Below, piece by piece: positions 13,353 through 25,159 of a stretch of 64,000 nt of DNA. The position numbers and the translations under genes were made by a program. Location: contig MU057719.1 of assembly GCA_013265495.1 (NCBI GenBank), positions 558,001 through 622,000 on the forward strand. Reading direction: 5' to 3'. This DNA comes from Vicugna vicugna. Taxonomy: Eukaryota. Every line of letters begins with the position of its first letter. Position 1 is the first letter of the stretch. The notes beneath the pieces are model-generated. The model had not been told where the DNA came from. It made no database searches and saw only the letters and a program-made list of their open reading frames with translations.

Positions 13353-13510
13353 TTTGTTTTTTCATGTAAATTTTCATCGAAGTGTCCCGCATGTAACAAA
13401 ACAAGCATCTGTCGGAAGTGGGCAGCTTGATGAGTTTTCACAAAGTCAACCCAGCCCGGTAACCCGGGTGGAGAGACAGCACGTGGCCAGCGTCTGCTGG
13501 GCGCCCTGGG
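13353..13510 (-). mobile_element. L1ME/MD-type 3' end fragment
   Basis: cagcttgatgagttttcacaaagtcaacccagcccggtaacc resembles L1ME cagctcgatgaattttcacaaagtgaacacacccatgtaacc. Confidence 0.7.
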
Positions 13511-13790
13511 AGTTCCTGCCACGCTCCACAGTGGGAGTTGCCGCCCCGATCAGGCCGCACAGTGGACAGGGCCCAGCCAGGCGGCGGCTCCAGCAAGGCC
13601 CAGGGAGCAGAAGGAAGTGCTTCTGGATGAGTGACCTTTGAGGGCACTTGGGAGGAGGCTGAGGTCAGGCAGGAGGCAGGTGAGAGCGTTCCCGGCGGAG
13701 GGACAGTGGAGCGTGGGGGGCGGCAGGAGGAGGCGGCACATCATCGATGCGTGTGACCTTGTCCAGGTGGCTTGTCAAGTGTGTGCATGC

Positions 13791-13792
<2 letters not shown>

Positions 13793-13834
<42 letters not shown>
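13793..13834. repeat. (GT)21 microsatellite
   Basis: Perfect dinucleotide run read directly. Confidence 0.97.
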
Positions 13835-13836
<2 letters not shown>

Positions 13837-14739
13837 TGTTATCTTATCTTAGTGTTAGTGCCCTGAATGCTTGCCGTTCATTTTGAAGTCCCTCTGCTCC
13901 ATCAGGAGAGCTGCTGGAGTCCGTGTAGGCGAAGCTGTCGGTCGTCGGGGAGGGTTTTGCGGTACACTTGACCTCCGGAGCGGCCCTGGATCTGGGAAGC
14001 CTTCTGGTCTGATTGCCTGTGCAGAGCCAGAGCCAGCTTCTTGCACGCCTCCCGTGACGGGGCGGTCACCTCCCCAAGCTGCAGCCCGCCTCTCGAAGGC
14101 GGCCCATCCGCCCTGTGGGGACAGCATGGGATCAGCAGAGTGGTTGTCCTCGTCTTCACATTGTTTCAGTATGTTCCTATTCATCTTCACGTGCTTGAGC
14201 TTCCCCGGCAGGTCACCGCCGGCCCTGCTGTGAGCCCCTGCTTCCCGCTGCGCTGTCCCCACGTTGGCACCACCCCTCACCTCTTCCCCGGGGCAGCCAC
14301 AGGCCATCTCGCCAGCCCTGGTCTGGACTTTGTGCAGGGTGTCGCTGTCACCTGCCGGGACTCTCAGAATCATTAGGGGAGCCACGATGCAGGGTCCACC
14401 TGCTCGAGGAGCTGTGCGCGGGGCATCCGGGCTTTTGCAGCCTCGGGTCATCCCTCCCTGTGACTCAGAGGCATGCATCAGAGAGGGGGAGGGGCGGGGC
14501 CCAGGGATGGAGCTGCAGGAGATTGTTGCTGGGGGTCGTTGTAGGGTCAGGCCCAGCACAGGTGGATGTGCAGCCCCCTCTGGAACCCCGGGTGCCAGGC
14601 AGGGGCCTCTGGGAAAAACTGAGTCTGTGTTCCGGGCCGTCGTGATGCGCCAGCCCTGTCTCATTCCTGGATGAAGCCATCGTTGTCCTCTTGGGCTGTT
14701 GGGCTCTTGCCTCCTCAGGGAGCCCTGCCTCGGTGGCTG

Positions 14740-14754
14740 GCTGCCCTCTGCTGC
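14740..14754 (-). promoter_or_regulatory. CTCF-like motif GCAGCAGAGGGCAGC
   Basis: 14/15 match to CCASYAGRKGGCRSY; motif only, chance matches are likely in GC-rich DNA. Confidence 0.3.
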
Positions 14755-14878
14755 GGGGGCCCCCGGCCCTGGAGCGTCGCCTTGGGTCAGGCGCTGTAAT
14801 TCCCGAGCATTCAGGGGTCGGTCTGCTCTGAAGGGCTGAGCGCCCTCAACCCTGGACCGGTGTCTGTGACCTCCAGCC

Positions 14879-15284
14879 TGCGTCAGTGTCCTGTGGCTGC
14901 TGTGACAAGGACCACACACCAGGTGCTTACAACAGCAAGTCCATCCCTGCTGGTTCTGAGGCCAGAAGCCTGGATTCAAGGTGTAGGTGGGGCCATGCTC
15001 CCTCCAGGGCTCTGCGGGGGCGGGGGGCAGGTCCTTCCAGCCTCTTCTAGCTTCTGGTGATGCCAGGTGTTGCTGGCTTGTGGCCACATTGCTCCCAGCT
15101 CTGCTTCCGTGGCCACGTGGCTCCTCCTCTCCAGGTGTCTCTGGTTCTCTTCTTACAAGGACAGCAGCCACCTTGGATGAAGGGCCCACCATACACACCT
15201 GCAGTGGCCCCTTTTTCTGCATAGGTCACATTCTGAGGCCTTGGGAAGGATGTGAATTTTGGGGGGACCCTTAAACCCAGTACA
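14879..15284 (-). mobile_element. MaLR LTR, MLT1C/D-like solo LTR
   Basis: Starts gtcagtgtcctgtggctgctgtgacaa; ggccagaagcctggattcaaggtg; ataggtcacattctgagg; ends aacccagtaca. Confidence 0.85.
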
Positions 15285-17116
15285 GACCTCAGTTGGCTGT
15301 AACAGCAACATATTCTGGTGACCTGTCCTTTGTGCCGAGCACCAGCTGGGCCACCCTTGGGGGGCTGTGATGACAAGGCCTCTGCCATTGGGCTGAGTGA
15401 GGGGGTGCAGGGTGGGGTGGAGGAGCCCCCCTTGTGGCAGGCACCCGAGGCCGGCCTTGCCCTGTGTCTTTCTAATGTGCTATGGCCTCCTCCCCTCCAG
15501 GACCTTTCTTGCCACGATCCCTTGGTTAAGTCCCAGCCCCTTACCTGGTCCTGAGCAGTTGCCAAGTGCAGCCACATCTCCGACATTTCACACCTAGAGA
15601 GGCCGAGCAAGGATGCAAGTGAATGGGCGGGAGGTGCAGACAGCAGGGAGCAGTGGGGACTGCGGCAAAGGAAAGGAGGGCAGATCGCCCTGAGTTGTGC
15701 CTAGAGGAGGGCGTGGCCCAGCTGAGCCAGAGAGGGAAGGAGAGGGCTGGGCAGCCAGGCAGAGGGCCTGCAGGGGAGGACCAAGGTCCTTGCTGGTGGC
15801 ACGTTAACTATGTGAATGTCCTTGGAGAGGCCTTCCCCTCCGTCTTACCCAGAGTGTCCCGCACCACCACCACTTTCTACTCCTGTATCCTCCTTGCACT
15901 CTCTTTTCCGTGACGCATCCTCAGTGATCAGAGTTAGTTCAGGATAGGTTGAAATCTTGGGGCCCTCCCTGGTAACCGCAGATGATGCTCCCTGGGCACC
16001 CGCCAAGCACCAGACATGACATCGCGACTCTGGTCTGGCTCTGTGCCAGCGAGCAGAGTCGGCCAGGCACATAGTAGGTGCTCAGCAAATGCCGGCTTGG
16101 AGGCCTGACCGGCCTCCCTGGCTGTGCTGTGATGCCAGCCGGGGCTGGGGAGGAAGTGCCACATCAGGATCCGTGCAGAGGACAGAACTGCTTTTGATAG
16201 GACATTAGATAATTAATTCCAGTCTGGGATGAAAATACAGAATGTTGAATTATACATTTTGGCGGTAGCTGTGCTAGGGAGGACCTGGAAACTTTGGGGG
16301 CTGCTGGGGGCTCCCCGAGCTGTGGGCTCTTTCTCTGGGTCCCCCCTTCCCCGCAGTCCCTGCTGTGGGCTGTGGGCCTGGGGTGGGGGTTCCGGGGAGG
16401 CTGGTCAAGGAGTCAAGGCCCCTCCGTCCCCGTGTCCACCTGCTGTCCCTGCTGGTGCTCCGGGGAAGACCGTTTAAGGAGACGCTGGCGAGCCTTAGAA
16501 GGCTCATGACGGGACTCGAACCCGTGGAGCCTGGTTCTGAGAACCAAGTCCCCGTCACCGGACTGTCAGCGGGGCCCCCGACGGGGGGCTGTGTTCTCGG
16601 GGTTCCGGAGCTGGTGGGTCCCTTCCATCCTCCTCCTGGGGAGGATCCTCGTGGATAGAGAACAACCCAGAGCACGAGAGGAAGGGCCTTGTCAGGGGTC
16701 AGCTGTGTCCAGCCACCAGCAGACAAGGGTTCAGGCCTCTGGACGTCTGCGTCCCTCTGTGTCTGGAGCCTGGTGTCCTGGAGGTGCTTTGCTGGCAGCG
16801 TAATTTTTACAGCTGCGCGGCTGGCGGGAAAAGCCTGCCAGTCGGGGTTCAGGGCCCGGCTCGGCCACACGGGGCCGCTTGGTGACACGGGGGAGGCGTG
16901 ACCCCTCAGCATCTGCCACAGCCCCTCTGTGGGTGGAGCTGCGGCTCTGGTCACTGGAGCGTCTGAGCACTGACACCTGCGCGGGGGACCTGTAGCGACC
17001 CAGGCTCAGAGTTCTCATCTGCCTCCCGTCAGTTCTAAGGTCAGCGACCTGGAGGGATGACAGACGGGGGCACCGGGCGGGCTGCCCACCCCTGCACAAC
17101 CCCAGGGCAGCCCCCC

Positions 17117-17345
17117 TTAAATAGATGCTGTTTTTAGGACATGTTGGGTTTACAGAGGAACAGAGAAGATGCTGCAGAGCTCCCGTCCCCCGCACCCAGC
17201 CTCCCTTCAGTGCCGGCATCTGCGTTAGTGTGGGGCCCGGCGGTAACTGATCAGCCAGCGGGGACGTGCTGGCTTCACATTTCCCTCGTTTTCCCCAGTG
17301 TCCTCTGTCCCGGGACCCCACCAAGGCCCCACATGACAAGTGACC
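17117..17345 (-). mobile_element. L1MB/MC-type 3' end fragment, GC-shifted
   Basis: tttttaggacatgttgggtttacagaggaacagagaagatgctgcagagctccc resembles the L1M terminus. Confidence 0.6.
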
Positions 17346-17969
17346 GTCTGGTGCCCTCGGGCTCCTCGGGGCTGGGACAGTTGGCAGCCCCCTTTTCGCT
17401 GTTTTACAGACTAGATTTCTCCCGGAGACAGCGTGCCTCGTGCTCTTCCCGGCCATGGCCCTCGTCCGGCCAGGGGTGCGGGTGGCTCGTCCCTCGGCTG
17501 CCCTCCCCAGGCAGAGGCTCTGCCTTCCCCTCCCCCCAAACGCATCGCTGGACCCTACCTGAGGTAGGAAGAAAATCCACCGTGATGGGCCAGGCTTAAG
17601 CAGGAATTGAGATGGTACTGCTCTTCGGGAAGCGATCCGGAGCTTTGTCCGTGGCTGTTTTCCGTCTCTTTCCCCAGTCACAGTGCGCAGGGGGAAACCA
17701 CTTCAGACTGCCTTCCTGCGCGGGCTTCCTTGGCACAAAGGGGGCTTGCAGATGCCAGGCAGCAGGGACTCGTGGGCTGACACTGCTTCGGGAAGGAGAG
17801 AGGTTCTTCGTGGGCCGTGTGTGGTGTCAGGTGCTCGGTGAGGCAGGGCCCTGGGCCCGACCCCGAGGCCACCCTGTGGGAAGGTTGCCTTCATTTGTGG
17901 TGAGCCTGCTGCGTGTATGCTGGCACTCTGACACCCAGCGGACTCCTGTTCATCCCTCGGGTCTTACTT

Positions 17970-18125
17970 AGGTTGAGTGGCACCTCCTCCAGGAGGCCTT
18001 CCCTGATGCCATCCTCTCCCCACCCCCTGTCTTGTCCCTGTCATGTTGAGCAGCCACCTCTGGTCTGTTGTCCCTAGCGCAGTGCTTGGCATGTCCCAGC
18101 TACTCCTTGAACACTGCTGAGGTGA
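17970..18125 (+). mobile_element. L2 3' fragment
   Basis: cctcctccaggaggccttccctgat...cctagcgcagtgcttggcatg. Confidence 0.55.
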
Positions 18126-18590
18126 GGAAGGGCGAGTCCCCAGCCGACTGTCAACCCCACGTTACAGATGAGGGCCTGGGACCGCCAGGGCTTAGGGTGT
18201 TGCCGAGATGGCGGGGACAGTTCCTAGCTGGATACAGAGCTGGGTTAGTGACGCCAAACCTGGCGCTCTGCCCCGCTTCCACGGCTGAACCACAGGGACC
18301 CTGGGATGGGTGGCAGAGCCCCCCACCCCTGCTCCCTCCTGCAGGGGCCAGAGGCTGAATCCCGCGATGTCTGAGCAGGGAGGGCGGGTGCCCCACACCC
18401 AGGGATCAGCCACTGCCCTTGGCTCCTCCCGCCCCTGCCTTTGGACACCCCCCACCCCCGCAAGAACGAGGGCCCCCCGCTGTGGGCAGTGTGGTGCGGC
18501 TGCTGCTGGGGGTGCCCCCTCCCCGAGGTGTGTTCCTGGGAGGTTTTTCCCTGGCTGGCGGGGGCAGGGTCTGCAGGCCCGCCTCTTAGG

Positions 18591-19057
18591 GTGGTCCTGT
18601 CAGCTCAGGGCGCTGTGACAGACATGCTGTAGACCGGGTGGCTGAAACAGGACACGTATGTCTCACATCTCTGGCTGCTGGAAGTCTGAGATCAGAGTCC
18701 CTACGTGGTCAGCTTCTGCTGGGGGCTCTCTCCCTGCTTGGCAGAGGGCTGCTTTCTTGCTGTGTCTTCATGTGTTGAAGAGACAGAGAGAGAGAGACCA
18801 CCTCTCTTCAGTCTGTTCTTTTTAATTTGTAATTTTAATTTTTTCCCTTAACAGAGGCACTGGGGATTGAACCCAGGACCTCGCGTACGCCAAGCACATG
18901 CTCTACCACTGCGCTCCTCCCTCACCCAGGTCTGTTCTTCTAAGGGCATTAATCCTTTTCATGAGGCTCCACCTTCATGACCTCATCACCTCCAAAGGCA
19001 GTCACGTCGGGGGTTAGGGCTTCAGTGTATGAACTGGCACAAATGTTCAGTCCACAG
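18591..19057 (-). mobile_element. MaLR LTR, MLT1A/B-like, interrupted by a SINE
   Basis: gggtggctgaaacag; gctggaagtctgagatcag; taagggcattaatcc...catgaggctccaccttcatgacctcatcacctccaaagg; ends ttcagtccacag. Confidence 0.85.
18821..18929 (-). mobile_element. tRNA-Ala-derived short SINE (camelid Vic-1-like) with A-rich tail and 10-bp TSD GTCTGTTCTT
   Basis: Minus strand reads GGGTGAGGGAGGAGCGCAGTGGTAGAGCATGTGCTTGGCGTACGCGAGGTCCTGGGTTCAATCCCCAGTGCCTC, then an A-rich tail. B box intact; TSD at 18811-18820 and 18930-18939. Confidence 0.85.
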
Positions 19058-20210
19058 TGAAGGGTGACCGCTGTCCGGTGACACCCACAGGAGACTTGGA
19101 GGTGGGGGAAGTGGAGGCTGTCCCCCCGGAGGGGCAGAGATGATGACTGTGACTGTGATGGCGACTCCGCAGAGCGGGTACACCTTCTCAACCGTGTGGG
19201 TCTGTATCACCTCCATTTCTCTGGTGAGGTGTCAGGGACTCAGCTGCACTGAGTACCAGCTCCTTGGCTGGGGGTGGGTGGGGACCCCCATCACTCAGAC
19301 TCGGAACGACCTTTCTTAATGCTCAGCTGCTGTCAGACCTTTCCAGAAACACCCACCCAGCCATTAAAATGCTTGGATTTGCCGCTTGGTCCTGTAATTT
19401 GTGGAGCTGCTCCAGGCCATCCTCATGCAGATTCGAGGCTGCTACAGTGCCGGCGGTTGAACCTGATATCCTTGTTCCCCTTCCCCGGTTTGTCAGCAGA
19501 GATGTCAGCAGAGCTGGGAGCCTGCGAACACAGCACAGGCTGGGCTCCTCCCTGCACCAGGAGCAAGGGCCGGAGAGCCACACCCTCCTTCATCATCAGA
19601 AGCTCCAGGGAGAGAGTGGAGAAAATACCGCGGGGCTCCTCAGGCCCTCCCCGGCGCTGGCGTCAGGCAGGTGCGAGGAGTAGGCGAGGGCTGATCCAGC
19701 AGAGGAGAGATTCACGCCGCTCAGTGAGCGGGGTTGTGCTTGCAGTTAATAACCAAGTTCCTCAGTCATCGCTTCAGAGATAAGTGTGTATATTGAAAAA
19801 TTATTGCCGCAGTAAAGAGACACAATTTTTGTTCCCCTTCCCGTTAAAATGGCCATTAATCAGGGAGGGCAGTGAGGCAGCTCTGAAATCCATCGGCCCT
19901 CTCCAGGTAATGACTGCTGTCACCTCGCCCCCATTAGCAAGCCGGGAGTTTGACAAATGGAGGACGCTCAGCCTGGAGCCCATGAGCCAGAAATGCTGGG
20001 GCGGGGGAGGGGGGCTGGGGGATTTCCGGGTGAGGCTCAGACCAGAGGCTGAGGCGCCAATCAGACCATCCCAGTTCTCAGCCTTCTCTACCACTGCATG
20101 TAGGTGACCACTCTGACCCTGTCTCTTCCTCTGACAAGGGCACTGCAACAGTCACCTCATTGGACAGTTCAGGATTCAGTGAGGCGGTGGGCCCAGTGCC
20201 GGGCTCACTG

Positions 20211-20403
20211 TCAGGGCTCAGGCTCGGGGTCAGGCTCAGGCTCGGGGTCAGGCTCGGGGTCAGGGGTCAGGCTCGGGGTCAGGGCTCAGGCTCAGGCTTA
20301 GGGTCAGGGCTCAGGCTCGGGGTCAGGGCTCAGGCTTGGGGTCAGGGGTCAGGCTCGGGGTCAGGGCTCAGGCTCAGGCTCGGGGTCAGGGCTCAAGGCT
20401 CAC
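20211..20403 (+). repeat. Degenerate hexamer/heptamer array (TCAGGG, TCGGGG, TCAGGC, one TTAGGG, one TTGGGG)
   Basis: Read directly; about 11 GGGTCA hexamers. Confidence 0.95.
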
Positions 20404-20769
20404 TTGCGTGTCGGCTCAATCAAGGAGGCTGCTGCTTGGTGTGGTGCTCTGAGCTCCGCTCCTGAGCTGACACTCAGCAGCATTGCCAGGTTGCCTGGGG
20501 GAGTGGGTGTGTCCCAGCCTCTGGGGAGTGTGGCCTGGCATCCTCTGGACTGTGTGCTGGGGGACTGCCACTGTCCCGGCACCCGGTGTCCCCAGCTGCA
20601 GTTCGAGGGTGCGGGGTGGGTGGTGAACAGAATCCACTCCCTGTTTCTCTGCAACTTCTTATAAGTCTGAGGGGGAGGCATGTCACTCCTCAGTGAAAAG
20701 ACAGAAGACACCTCTTAGGAAGGGCTTGGGGTCAGACAGCCCGGAGCCGCCTCTTACCGTTGGTCCCTG

Positions 20770-20860
20770 GTAAGTGAGGTCCCCTGTCGGGGTCTCAGTT
20801 TCCTCACCTGGAAAATGGGGATGTTGGTCCTGACCCCATAGGACTGTGATGGGGTCAGAC
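20770..20860 (+). mobile_element. MIR core
   Basis: tctcagtttcctcacctggaaaatggggatg...ccataggactgtgatgggg. Confidence 0.75.
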
Positions 20861-23800
20861 CACCCAGGCGCCGCAGGAATTGATGTAACAGCAGAGCCAG
20901 GTGTGGCTGGGGTGGGGGCAGGCTGTGTAAACGCCTCCTGTCCGGACTCCTGGTTCGCCGTCTCCACCACCAGAAAGAGGGAAGGGAAGAGTGCGGCGGG
21001 GGCCTCCTGGAGAGGGCGAGGTCTCCGCGTGGGCCCGGGTCCCTTCCTGCCCTGCCCCGTGCGGCTCTGTGGGGCGTGTCGGCCTCGCAGGCCTGGGCGG
21101 GGCGTCTGGTGCTGCCCTGGGGTCCTTGAACCTGCGGCGCAGTGGCTCACCCCGCTGGGCGGCAGACCTGCGTCTCGGATCACGGCCTCGCGTCGGGTCC
21201 ACAGGAGCCACGTCCTGCTGGTCTGCAGCTGGGCTTGAGGTGTGGACACACCTGCATCCGCCTCTTACCTGCCAGGTGGGGGGGGGGCCCAGCCTTGCTC
21301 CCCTCCAGCAGCAGCCCCGTCCCCGCTGTGAGCACAGGGAGGAGGGTGGGCGTGTCAGGGTGAATGAGTGAGCTGCGTTCGCAGACAGTGAGTGGCCGGG
21401 GCGCGGCCCATCCAGCTGCCCCCAGAGTCTCTGCTGCGGGTGGATGGGCTTCCTGGCCTCCGGGAGCCGCAGGGCCTCACTGGGCAAGCCTGCTCCTAGG
21501 CCTGGAGGCGGGAAGTGTGATCTGCTGTTCTGCTGTCTGCTGGCCTCAGACCAGGGGTGGGGGCGAGCGGCCTTTCTGCAGCAGGGCCGGGAGAGGGTCT
21601 GGGAGCCCGCAGCCCGAGGGGTGAGCTGGTCCCCCTCTGCCCAGCACGCGCCACCCGTGCGTCACCCCCCGCCCCGCGCCTCAGTCGCTCGTCTGTGAAA
21701 GGGAAGAGCAGCACGAGGGTCTCACGGAGGGAGGGGGCTGTGAGGGACTGAGGCGGGGTAAGCCTGGTGAAGGCTGGGCGAGGGGAGGCCTGCCAGCCGC
21801 TGGCCGCGGTCGTCAGCGAGGCCGGCCAGCGGGGCTCTCCCGGCATCCCTGCCGGCCAGACTGGGCCTGCCTGGAAGTCAGCGGCGGCCTTCGCACATCC
21901 CTTACATCCCCTTAGGTGGACTTTAGGCCTCCCACCTGCAGATTGAAGAATGTGGGCCGGAGGGTCGCTAAGCTCCTTCCACCAAGGATTTTAAGCTTCC
22001 CTGGCCGATCCTGCCAGCCTTCCTGACTGGCAGCCGCTGAAGTGCAGGCCGCACCTGGTCCCGTCCCAGTCCTGGGACCGTAGGCGGCCGGCGCGCAGCG
22101 GCTCCTGAGACCGCCCGGTCCTGGCATCGCTCAGGGTGGACGCAGCTTTCTTCTCGCCCGCCGGAGCGTGTTCGTAGGCAGAGGCCGGTCCTGTCTGGGT
22201 CCGGGCCTCTCTGCTGCTTTGCTGGGAATCACAGGTATTTAAAATACGCCTGTTGCGAGGCCAGCCCAGCGTAGGCATGTACAGACGAGCCCGGTCAGGG
22301 TCGTGCGCCTTCCCTTCCGCCCGCACCTGTCTCCCTCCATGAGCCACGGACTCTGTCTGTTGAAGGGGCCTCGAGCCCCCTCTGGGAGGCTTCCTGGAGG
22401 GGCGCACTGCTCCGGTGCTCCGTCTGTACCCGGCCCCTCGCTGGGTCCACGAGGCCACCTGGGTCCAGCCTCCCTTCCAGCTTCTCCTCTCTTGGTTCCC
22501 ATGGTGTACGGAGTGCCTCCCCCGGCCTTTCCTGCCCTGGCTGGGCCCTGGGCTTCCTTCTCCTCCGGAGGTGTCAGAGGCTGGGTCGCCACCCTCCCAC
22601 ACTGGCCGGGGCAGCTGGCACCTTAGCTGGCGGCAGTGGGAAGGGGGTGGTGCCAAGGAGCGGGGTCAGGCCCTCTCTACCAGCTCTCCCAGGGGTGTCA
22701 CGAAGGAGGGGAAATTAAATCTCAGCTCTCCAGCCAACACAGCCTCGGAGGCACAGAGAAGGTGGGGTGCTGGGATCAGAGAACTCAGGGTGGAACTGGG
22801 GCTGGCCCCTGCCCTCGCACCATCTCCCGTCCTGGGCTTAATGTAGTGGGCACCTGGGTCTCCAAGGCCCTGGGCCGTGTCCAGTCCACTTCCCCACGCC
22901 CCTGGCCCTGGGCGGTTCACAGCTCTGACATCCCGGCCCCCTCCTCCAGGGGCTCCCCCTGCCCTTTGGATCTGCCCTGTGCACCATGACGGTACTGTCA
23001 GACATGATCTGAGCCATGGGAACGCCAGACCGGAGTCTCAGCCTTCATTCCCAGTAGGAAGTTGAGGCCGGAGGGGTGGGGCAGAGCCAGGACGCAGCCC
23101 GCATCTGTCCTGACCACCCCGCCTCGGGTGAGGTCGGGGCCGGGGGGGTGGCTGAGACAGACACTCAGCGTCCTTGCTCTTGTGGGGCCTCCTTCATGGT
23201 TTAGGAGCCAGGCTCGGGCGTCCCCACCCCTAGCTGTGAGACCTCGCTCGTGTCCCCGTACGTCGCTGAGCTTCCCTTTTCTCAACTTGCAAGGGTGAGC
23301 AGTGCTGTCCCCGGGTGGGTGGCTGTGGAGACAGCGGGACCCTTGCACAGAGAGAGCCGAGGGCGTGTGCGATGCTGGCTGCCCTGGGGGCAGAGGGGTG
23401 CGAAGCTGCCGTCAGGGGCCCAGGAGCGAGCGGGGCTCGGGGATCCCTCCATGTTGGCCTTCGTCTGTTCATCTGTCCGCGCCCCAGATGCCACCACCCA
23501 CAGGGTACGGGGCTTGAAGATCAGGCTGCTGGTGCCCGAGGCTCGGGGTGGCCTCCTCCCCCTGCCTGTGAGGGTCCCACTGAGTGAGGGAGCGCAGCTG
23601 TGTTTGGGGTACTGTTTCAGATCTCACCGAAGCCCAGTTTCGGGGCAGGAAGGAGCACTGGGCCGATTCTGAGCGGGTCGTAGACTTTTTCAGCCTTTTT
23701 CTTTCCTCCTAAATCGCTTTCAAGCTCAGACCCTCCCTCCAAGTGCTGCCCCCTTCGAGGCTGTCACAGGTCACCTGGCTCTGCTGAGTGGCATTTTTCA

Positions 23801-24929
23801 TTTTGCCGTTTTGCTGTCTTGGGGTCTGGGGTCCAGCTCCCTCCGGTTTCTCTGCATCCTTTCGGCTCCCTCGAGGGAAAACCCCATCCATCAGGTACCG
23901 TGGCGCCGCCGTGCAGAAGGTGATGGCTGAGAGGTGGCCGGTCCCCCAGTCACTTTTGTTTCCCGGCTTCTCCGTGAGGCAGAGCTTGAACCCGAGCTGG
24001 GGCTGCATGTGATTCATAATGAATCATTCCTCGCCGGCCACTTGTCATTCCAAAGGCAACAGCGCAGGTTTTGTGACCTTGTTCTCCGAGGTGAGAAGAG
24101 AAAAAAACCAAGGGCCACGCGGGCCGAGCTGGGGAAAGCAACGATTTGCTTCTAAACATGCAGCGGAGGTGGCTGCAGATTTCCCCGGCAGGTAGGCGAG
24201 TTTCCGGGGCAACGTCTTTAAATGGGTTTGGTAATCTTCCCGTTTGGCTCGTGGAGCTGCCTGTGTTTCCCGATGCTGGTCCTGTCTGATAAGGACGTCT
24301 TCCTGGTCTGCGCTCTTCCTGCTGAATGATTGCTGATGAGGGCGGGGAGGCGGGGCTGGCGGACTCGTCCCCTTGCCCGCTGACTGGCAATTGGGCGCCT
24401 TGTTGCCAGCACCCAGGAGCCTGGCGCTTTCCAAGGCCGACTTGTATCCATCTCTGTTCTTCCCCGATCACTTCTGGCCGTTCTGAGGTTCCCGTTCCGA
24501 GCTGCAGTGCAGAGCGATGTGCTTTGTGGTGACAGCAAGGCTGCTGTGACAAGATCTGGGCTGTGAGGGCTTTCACGGGAGGTGGTGGATCCGTTCAAGG
24601 CGGTTCCCGGTGGGCAGAGTGCGTGCATGTGTGGCCTCTGCTCCGTGCAGACCGTCTGGGGCCCAGGCTGGTGGCAGCTCTGCCACCTTTAATGTAGGGC
24701 TTGTGAGCCCCGCCCTCCTCCAGGAGAGGGGAGGTCTCATGAGCCAGGCCTGCAAGTGGCCTGCTTGACGTCTGCTGCCGTCCACTGGGTGGACCTCATT
24801 AACCGCAGGAGAAGTGGGGCGAGGTGATCCAGGTGGGGTGCGGGGTCCGTCGCACACTGCAGGCTCCCGCGTGGTGTGTGGCGCAGCGGACAGAAGCTCA
24901 GGGTGGGTAACGCACCATCAGTTCCCAGG

Positions 24930-25090
24930 GCAACCCTGACGGCTGGTGACCTGGGCAAGTCCTTGCTCTCTCTAGCCCCGTGTCCCCGTCTCATAAATGG
25001 AGAGCTGGGGGAGGAGTGACACATGGGGAAATGACTGTCGTGCTGATCCCAGCTCTTAACACTTGGTCAGGGCTAAGTGAATGGTAGCTC
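24930..25090 (+). mobile_element. MIR fragment
   Basis: gtgacctgggcaagtccttgctctct...taaatgg. Confidence 0.55.
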
Positions 25091-25159
25091 GTGTTCTGGT
25101 AATTAAGAAGCGGGGATCGCGAGGCAGGCTCCCATTGGCACCTTTGCTGCTGATGCTGT

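Noticed and set aside
13855-15222. 455-aa minus-strand ORF
   Set aside because: Pro/Gly/Arg/Ala-rich, runs through an MLT1 LTR, no domain recognised; long ORFs are expected at this GC content.
18845-18929. tRNA-Ala gene
   Set aside because: Mutated A box and stems, A-rich tail and TSD show it is a SINE.
20211-20403. (GS)n linker-like coding sequence or CRISPR-like array
   Set aside because: The SGSGSG translation is a by-product of the hexamer repeat; there are no unique spacers, and this is eukaryotic intron.
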